Source: Pseudomonas phage PhiPA3
Sequence record: HQ630627.1
Reading direction: 5' to 3' (one strand)
DNA length: 64,000 bases
In this document: positions 58,479 to 64,000 of the stretch, in pieces
Layout: each line of letters starts with the position of its first letter
Position numbering within the stretch: position 1 is the stretch's first letter
Translations under genes and position numbers: made by a program
Notes under the pieces: model-generated
Seen by the model: only the letters and a program-made list of their open reading frames with translations
What the model was told of the DNA's origin: nothing
Databases searched by the model: none

Positions 58479-60010
58479 TGGAACCGATACTCAAAGCTGA
58501 ACGCTACACGCATGGTGTCCGACTATCTGGGTATACGCGGGAAACGTTTCACAAGATGCAGGGATTCCTCGAAGGCCTGATGTTAAAAGAGCCCAAGAAG
58601 ATCCCAGGTAATCGAGTGATCATGGAACTTAAGAAAAAGTACTATGGTTGCTTCGAAGATACATCCGAAACTTATATCCATCGCAATTGCTTGGAAGACC
58701 TGATCGGTTATCTGGCAAACAAAAATGTTCCACGCGATCGGATTGAAGTAGTCGATATCCCCGTGCCGGAGTCAGCGAAAGCTGTCTACGACATGTACGA
58801 GAAATACGTACTGCGGGAATATCAGGAAATCATTAAGGCGGATATTCTTCGACCGCATCTCCATTCAGCTCGTGTAGACCTGCAAACAGGAAAAGGGAAA
58901 ACGCTTACGAGCTTGGCGGCGCTAGCCGACCTGGGGGTTCGGTGCGTTGTGATGGTTCCACCCAAGTACTTCGGTATTTGGATTGAGGCATTACAGAACA
59001 CTTTCAAAGATATGGCACAGCGTTGGATCACCATCTCTGGCTCGGCTGAACTACAAAAGTTGATTGACCGAGGCATTGAAAATGATCTGGATGGTATTGA
59101 TGTCATTATCGTCTCGTCAACGACCTACAGGGCCTACCTAGATAACTTTGAGAAGTACGGTAATGAGTTGCATACCCTAGGGTATAACGCTCCACCACCG
59201 CGCTTCCACGAGGCTATCAAGGCAGGGTTCCAGATCAACGATGAGATTCAAGAAGACCCAGGCTTAGTATTCAGAACCGACATCTATTCGAACATCGCAT
59301 TGCAGGTTTATCTGTCTGCTACCCCCTACACAGGAAATGCGTACGTTACGAAGATGATTGATAAGATGCTCCCGGAAGAGACCATGTGTCGCCTGCCGGA
59401 TCTAGACGTCTACATCAATTGCATCGGTCTACTGTACAACGAAGCCAAGATCAAACCCAAAGACTACCTAACCCCGTTTAAGAACACCTATAACCATGCC
59501 CGTTACGAAACGGTCATGATGAAGGATCCTAAACGGATGGATCAATACTTCAAGATGGTGGCGAGAGTAGCAGAAGGGGTGTTCATCAAAGATCGGTTAC
59601 CCGGTCAGAAAATGCTGTTCCTTTGTGCAACTGTAGCTTTCATTGAGAAGCTGACCAAGTACCTGAAGTCGCGGTTCCCTGATCTCGTGATCAATGGGCA
59701 CGTCTCTGGGTGCGCCTACGAGCAACTCCTGAAGAATGACATTACTGTCTCGACGATTAAGTCGTCGGGTACCGGCGTGGACATTCCTAACCTACGGGAA
59801 GTGGGGCTGCTCCAAGCAACTGACTCGAAGAAGGATAACATCCAGATTCTGGGTCGACTCCGTAAACTCAGGGACTTCCCTGATGTGACCCCTCGGCTGA
59901 CGTTCATGGTGTGTGAGACTATACCGCATCATGTTCGCTATGCAAAATCGAAGCGGGATCATTTCAACGGAAGAACTCTTAGTTTCAAGTTCATGCGTAT
60001 AGCAATGTAA
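58478..60010 (+). CDS. superfamily-2 helicase/ATPase
   Basis: Motif I DLQTGKGKTLTSLAA; motif II-like DGIDVIIVSST; motif V-like GTGVDIPNL; motif VI QILGRLRKL. Confidence 0.65.
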   Translation: MEPILKAERYTHGVRLSGYTRETFHKMQGFLEGLMLKEPKKIPGNRVIMELKKKYYGCFEDTSETYIHRNCLEDLIGYLANKNVPRDRIEVVDIPVPESAKAVYDMYEKYVLREYQEIIKADILRPHLHSARVDLQTGKGKTLTSLAALADLGVRCVVMVPPKYFGIWIEALQNTFKDMAQRWITISGSAELQKLIDRGIENDLDGIDVIIVSSTTYRAYLDNFEKYGNELHTLGYNAPPPRFHEAIKAGFQINDEIQEDPGLVFRTDIYSNIALQVYLSATPYTGNAYVTKMIDKMLPEETMCRLPDLDVYINCIGLLYNEAKIKPKDYLTPFKNTYNHARYETVMMKDPKRMDQYFKMVARVAEGVFIKDRLPGQKMLFLCATVAFIEKLTKYLKSRFPDLVINGHVSGCAYEQLLKNDITVSTIKSSGTGVDIPNLREVGLLQATDSKKDNIQILGRLRKLRDFPDVTPRLTFMVCETIPHHVRYAKSKRDHFNGRTLSFKFMRIAM

Positions 60011-60019
60011 GAAACAAAA

Positions 60020-60045
60020 GCCCTCCCTTCGGGGAGGGTTTATGT
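60020..60045 (+). terminator. hairpin followed by TTTATGTC
   Basis: GCCCTCCC-TTCG-GGGAGGGT. Confidence 0.5.
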
Positions 60046-60069
60046 CATCATTAACAAAAGGAAAATGCT

Positions 60070-60321
60070 TTGAACTGGGGATCTCTAGTAGATTTTATGT
60101 TTGCCATTGGTGGACCACTGTTGACGGTAGCTACCTACGCCCGACTGATCCACTACTTCCTACTGAAGACTTATTACAAGAAGAGTAGACTCCATCCATT
60201 CGATAAGCGGGTAGCAGGTTGGTTTAAGCGAATGTCCAATATCGCTTTCGTTCTGTATATCCCAGTGCTCTGCTTTTATATCTTCGGCCTTGGGTTAGTC
60301 GCATTCAAACGTCTGCAATGA
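60070..60321 (+). CDS. small membrane protein (start uncertain: TTG 60070 or ATG 60097)
   Basis: 83 aa with two hydrophobic helices. Confidence 0.4.
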   Translation: MNWGSLVDFMFAIGGPLLTVATYARLIHYFLLKTYYKKSRLHPFDKRVAGWFKRMSNIAFVLYIPVLCFYIFGLGLVAFKRLQ

Positions 60322-60359
60322 TGACTTTGAATGCAGCTATATTTAATCCAGTTTAATGC

Positions 60360-60369
60360 CTATATTACA
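60360..60369 (+). promoter_or_regulatory. promoter-like motif CTATATTACA (class A)
   Basis: TAATGCCTATATTACAAGCTTG, 23 nt upstream of membrane-protein gene 60392. Confidence 0.5.
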
Positions 60370-60391
60370 AGCTTGATATAAGGAAAGCCCA

Positions 60392-60682
60392 ATGTACGTT
60401 TTTGTTCAGGTTATGTCCATCGTTACTTTGATTGGTTTGGTCTCAATGTTCTTTGTTGCACAAAACTTTCAAGTAAAGCATCTGCGTGCTCAAACGACCT
60501 TCCTTAAGATAGCTACGCTCAGTGGCAACATCAAGAAGGAAGATTATGAGATCTACCATAAGTGGAAGAAGCTCCAACGTTCCTATCGTATCTTCCGGAA
60601 GATCTATCAGGTCTTTGCATACGCTTTCCTGCTCTTCGTTTCTAATTACTTCATTCTAGAATCCGTCCTCAAAGGAGGCTGA
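60392..60682 (+). CDS. small membrane protein
   Basis: 96 aa, two predicted TM helices; 23 nt after the CTATATTACA motif. Confidence 0.45.
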   Translation: MYVFVQVMSIVTLIGLVSMFFVAQNFQVKHLRAQTTFLKIATLSGNIKKEDYEIYHKWKKLQRSYRIFRKIYQVFAYAFLLFVSNYFILESVLKGG

Positions 60683-60683
60683 T

Positions 60684-60869
60684 ATGGGTTGGACAATCCT
60701 CGTCGTTGTCCATATGGCTGTGTTCGTTGTTGGTCTGATCTTCTTGGGTACAGGCCTGTTCGTGGCTCGTGACTGTGGTACACGTGTTAACTGTTTGGTG
60801 CTCGGTGTTGCTCTAGTGAGTAGCTCGGGCTGGTCTGCAATCGAGTTGTTTCACTTACTCCCCCACTAG
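60684..60869 (+). CDS. small membrane protein
   Basis: 61 aa, two hydrophobic segments, RBS AAAGGAGGCTGATATG. Confidence 0.4.
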   Translation: MGWTILVVVHMAVFVVGLIFLGTGLFVARDCGTRVNCLVLGVALVSSSGWSAIELFHLLPH

Positions 60870-60878
60870 GAAACTCCA

Positions 60879-61139
60879 ATGGAACTATTCCACAATCCGC
60901 TCGCTGTTGTGTACTTCCTGATCTCCCCCATCGGTATTTTCTTGTTCGTACTGATCTTGCTGTGGGGTCTGATCGCCCAACGCTGGATAGTCTATGGCTA
61001 TCCCAAGCATTCGTTCCTGCGCCGTCTGAACTGGTTGGTTTGGCTCGGCATCACACTCCTGTACCTGATGGTGTTCCTGTCGTCTTTGGGATGCGTCTTC
61101 GCTTTCCCGACATCATCGGTGTGCAACGTCTGGGGGTAA
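60879..61139 (+). CDS. small membrane protein
   Basis: 86 aa, two to three hydrophobic helices. Confidence 0.45.
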   Translation: MELFHNPLAVVYFLISPIGIFLFVLILLWGLIAQRWIVYGYPKHSFLRRLNWLVWLGITLLYLMVFLSSLGCVFAFPTSSVCNVWG

Positions 61140-61145
61140 CTCCAA

Positions 61146-61382
61146 ATGAACAACTGGGAACTCATTGAAGTTGGTATTAGCCTGATCGCAGCTGCGGTTA
61201 CTTGCCTCATCGTAATGCGCCGTCGTGATCACACCTACCTTAATCAACCGGTTAAGGTAGAGAAGGTAGATGCAGAATCCAAGAGTGCCTGGGTAACACT
61301 TGGCTTCATCTGCATCTTCTTTCTGATCTTCTTGTTTATTTCTGGATACGGTATCATGAAACTAGTACAGATCCAGTCATAA
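61146..61382 (+). CDS. small membrane protein
   Basis: 78 aa, two TM helices flanking a charged loop. Confidence 0.45.
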   Translation: MNNWELIEVGISLIAAAVTCLIVMRRRDHTYLNQPVKVEKVDAESKSAWVTLGFICIFFLIFLFISGYGIMKLVQIQS

Positions 61383-61432
61383 CGACATAAACCCCTCTCC
61401 TTCGGGAGAGGGGCGTTATGCATTTATTTTTT
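61381..61432 (+). repeat. 52-nt exact dispersed repeat (second copy)
   Basis: See 36334-36385. Confidence 0.8.
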
Positions 61433-61433
61433 T
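61392..61433. terminator. terminator at a convergent junction (copy 2 of a 52-nt repeat)
   Basis: Identical to 36345-36386: CCCCTCTCC-TTCG-GGAGAGGGG, then CGTTATGCATTTATTTTTTT. Confidence 0.7.
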
Positions 61434-61867
61434 GTCATTCCCTGGATTTCTTTCTCCAGTTCTTTGATCTTACTGTCCCCAATAGTTGATTTATATTCAG
61501 CCAACTTCGTTAGGAACAGAGCACGTGGGTACGGTAGTTCGAAGAACTCGTCTATATTCAATCGGCTAATTTCGCCAATATTTAAATTGACGTATTTACG
61601 CATCCACGTGAATTCTGGCCCACCCTCCCAGATGTCCTCCTTTGGATGAAGTTTAACCAAATCCAAAGGAGTTGCATGTGGAGCGCTATGGTCAAATATA
61701 CCGTAGTCATGGTGGTAGGCTTTTCGAGTAAGCATTTCTGCTACCGTTGGCCTTACCGCATCCAAGTTGTTTATCAGCTCAGTTAACTGGACAACCTTGG
61801 TGGAAGGTTCTAACCCGAAAGTGTGCATGCAGATATGTCCGTTAGGGTCGTTCAAATCTACGTTCAA
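61424..61867 (-). CDS. hypothetical protein
   Basis: 147-aa minus-strand ORF, last gene of the minus operon before bidirectional terminator 61392. Confidence 0.5.
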   Translation of the reverse strand: MNVDLNDPNGHICMHTFGLEPSTKVVQLTELINNLDAVRPTVAEMLTRKAYHHDYGIFDHSAPHATPLDLVKLHPKEDIWEGGPEFTWMRKYVNLNIGEISRLNIDEFFELPYPRALFLTKLAEYKSTIGDSKIKELEKEIQGMTKK

Positions 61868-61890
61868 ACGACTCTGACGGATATCTTCAC

Positions 61891-63525
61891 TTACAAGTCC
61901 AGGTGCGAAACTTTCTGGCGCGCCAGGGTAAAAAACACACCTACCATGTCGATCGGTACCAGATGCGGGAAACGTTCACTATGGGTTTTACCTTGCTCAC
62001 CTTTACAAGCTGGGCAATCGTAAGATGGCAACGCCACAATGCCGATGACACTAGAATTCACGTATTCGTGAACTGCCTTGAAGAACGAATCAGCAACCTC
62101 AGCGCTGGTGGCCAGGTTGTCTCGCAGATAAGGAACGATTACTTCGGGATCGTCCGTAACGAACTGATCTTCGAAATCTTCATATTCGTCTTCACGTTCA
62201 TAAATGCCATCAACCCAGTGAGCATACTGAAGTGCAGTAGTGGCTTGAGCAAGGTTATCGATGTAGCGTTGACGCTGTTGACCATGGGGCTGTTCGTTGA
62301 ACGCACCTTGGGTCATGTCGATCAGAGCTTGCATCCACTGACCACCGGAAGCACGGCGTTTCTCAATAGTTGGTACAGCCAAACGAAGACCAATATCGCC
62401 AAACCAGAATACTTTCTTCTGAGTAACGGTGAAGTCTTTGCGATAAGCTTCGAACTCTTCGTCAGTACTCGGTTGGAAACGCTTAGCCAGATGTTTGCGT
62501 TGTTCCTGAGTGAACACAAGGTTATCAAACCAAACGATCGATGACATGTTGAGTTTGAAACGTTCAACGTGGCTACACGTATTCGGATTGGCTACACAAG
62601 GCACAGCGTATTGGAAACCATCCGGGTACATAGCCGCTGCCAACCCGTGATGCAGCAGTACTTCATCATAGATCGATAGTACGGCCTCTAAATCGCTCGG
62701 AGAGACGTACTTGTGGTTAGACGATACTACACAGCTCAGTGCTAGGGTAGTGATCGCATCGAGCATGATAGCGCTGGCATTGGAGAATGCCATACCCTTG
62801 GACTCTGCACCCAACCGCAGCTTGACACTGGCCATCTCTGTGAGCAGTGAAACGATCTCAGCCAGAGTCGGTGCACGCAGACGCAGCCAGATACCGGAAT
62901 GCGGTAGGAAGGTATCGTAGAAACCACCGTTACCAGACTTACGTGCCAGATAAGCCAACATCTCTTCTTTGCTGGCGCGGCGATCTTTGTTCAGCTTCTG
63001 CGACGGGCGACCAGAACGAAGTTCCTGACCTTGTTCACCACCTACCGGCAATACACCCTGACGCCATTCCGAACCAGTACGTTCAGTAGCACGAACTGGT
63101 ACATCACCTAGTTGCAGGTTGGCCATACCACCGATAAGAGTTTCCATCCATGTAGCGTCTTTAATGCTAGCTACAGTATTACCGGTAGAAATGCTTTCGA
63201 TCAGTTCGTTATAGTGGTTCAGGATCTTCATCAAGCTGTTCGGGTTCTCACGAATGAAAGCCAGAACCGCCTCGTCAGCACCTTCAACAGCACTCGAATC
63301 TTTACGAGTCTGAATGAAGTTAATCAGTTGTTGATCAAGAGTCAGTGGTGGGCGCGTATCAACGATTGGACCTTCAGGTATCGTATCATCGACATTAGCT
63401 GGTTCGTCAGGAAGGGTCGGGCCAACCGGTCCGTTCTCCGGCTCAGTACCCGGAGGAACTTGGTCAGCATCCCACTGACCCTCAGCAGGGTAATGATCAT
63501 CTTGATCGAAATCTACTTCACTCAT
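61891..63525 (-). CDS. hypothetical protein with acidic proline-rich N-terminus
   Basis: 544-aa ORF. Confidence 0.55.
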   Translation of the reverse strand: MSEVDFDQDDHYPAEGQWDADQVPPGTEPENGPVGPTLPDEPANVDDTIPEGPIVDTRPPLTLDQQLINFIQTRKDSSAVEGADEAVLAFIRENPNSLMKILNHYNELIESISTGNTVASIKDATWMETLIGGMANLQLGDVPVRATERTGSEWRQGVLPVGGEQGQELRSGRPSQKLNKDRRASKEEMLAYLARKSGNGGFYDTFLPHSGIWLRLRAPTLAEIVSLLTEMASVKLRLGAESKGMAFSNASAIMLDAITTLALSCVVSSNHKYVSPSDLEAVLSIYDEVLLHHGLAAAMYPDGFQYAVPCVANPNTCSHVERFKLNMSSIVWFDNLVFTQEQRKHLAKRFQPSTDEEFEAYRKDFTVTQKKVFWFGDIGLRLAVPTIEKRRASGGQWMQALIDMTQGAFNEQPHGQQRQRYIDNLAQATTALQYAHWVDGIYEREDEYEDFEDQFVTDDPEVIVPYLRDNLATSAEVADSFFKAVHEYVNSSVIGIVALPSYDCPACKGEQGKTHSERFPHLVPIDMVGVFFTLARQKVSHLDL

Positions 63526-63971
63526 TACTTGGTTTCCTCAGTAACCGGATCAGCGAAACTCCAGTTAAGGGTATCGATACCGGCGTCTTGCATGGTTTGA
63601 ATCATACCCAGGAGCAACGGTTGAATGCCCGTCTCCATAGCGGTTTGTAGTTTGGAATAGCCCAGGGACAGAGTAGAGATCAGAGCGATATCATCCAGGG
63701 ACGGCTCGCCTGATTTGTCTTTATGCTGAGTAGCCAGCAGACCCAACGCAGTAATCAGGTTATCCAGATCGACTTGCACGGATTTGAGTTGTGCATCAAA
63801 GCTGGTCGGATCAGGCAGGCGTGCCAGGATGTCATTCAGGTTAGCTAGCACCGGAACCATTACCGGTTGCGTTGCACCAATGAGCCCGGCAACAGACAGA
63901 TACAGTTGACGCAGAATGGCCCAACCATCCGCTTTGAGTAGTTCTTGTGCGACTTCCGCGGATTGTTCCAC
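63525..63971 (-). CDS. hypothetical protein
   Basis: 148-aa ORF near the window edge, ATGA-type overlap with the downstream gene. Confidence 0.5.
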   Translation of the reverse strand: MEQSAEVAQELLKADGWAILRQLYLSVAGLIGATQPVMVPVLANLNDILARLPDPTSFDAQLKSVQVDLDNLITALGLLATQHKDKSGEPSLDDIALISTLSLGYSKLQTAMETGIQPLLLGMIQTMQDAGIDTLNWSFADPVTEETK

Positions 63972-64000
63972 GGCTTGGTCGAGTTGTTCTTTGGCACAGG

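Noticed and set aside
1-64000. CRISPR arrays, rRNA genes, integrase or transposase genes
   Set aside because: No regularly spaced direct repeats, no rRNA-like stretches, and no ORF with recombinase or transposase motifs were seen. The window looks like core lytic-phage sequence.

Overview
This window looks like a phiKZ-like, nucleus-forming jumbo phage (Chimalliviridae-type) genome segment with about 48% GC and dense gene packing, mostly on the + strand. Three markers support that identity: a PhuZ-type phage tubulin (22325-23272); a candidate chimallin nucleus-shell protein (39571-41454) immediately upstream of a multisubunit RNA polymerase beta' N-terminal fragment (41970-43436, NADFDGD motif); and a beta C-terminal fragment gene plus a beta' C-terminal fragment gene at 53811-58420. 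The beta gene is interrupted by an ORF-less group I intron of about 444 nt. The window also carries a terminase large subunit, a putative tail sheath and tube, DHFR, an SSB with an acidic C-terminal tip, an SbcD/Mre11-like nuclease, an SF2 helicase, a run of five small membrane proteins, and many small early-type hypothetical genes. Transcription signals are stereotyped. About 28 C(UUCG)G-capped hairpins (consensus GCCCTCCC-TTCG-GGGAGGGC), most followed by (T)TTATGCC, separate the units. Two related AT-rich promoter-like motif classes, CTATATTACA and (A)TCTATATCA(T/C)G, sit 20-100 nt upstream of gene starts. No rRNA, tRNA or CRISPR was found. All functional calls come from motif-level reading of the translations and are unverified by database search.
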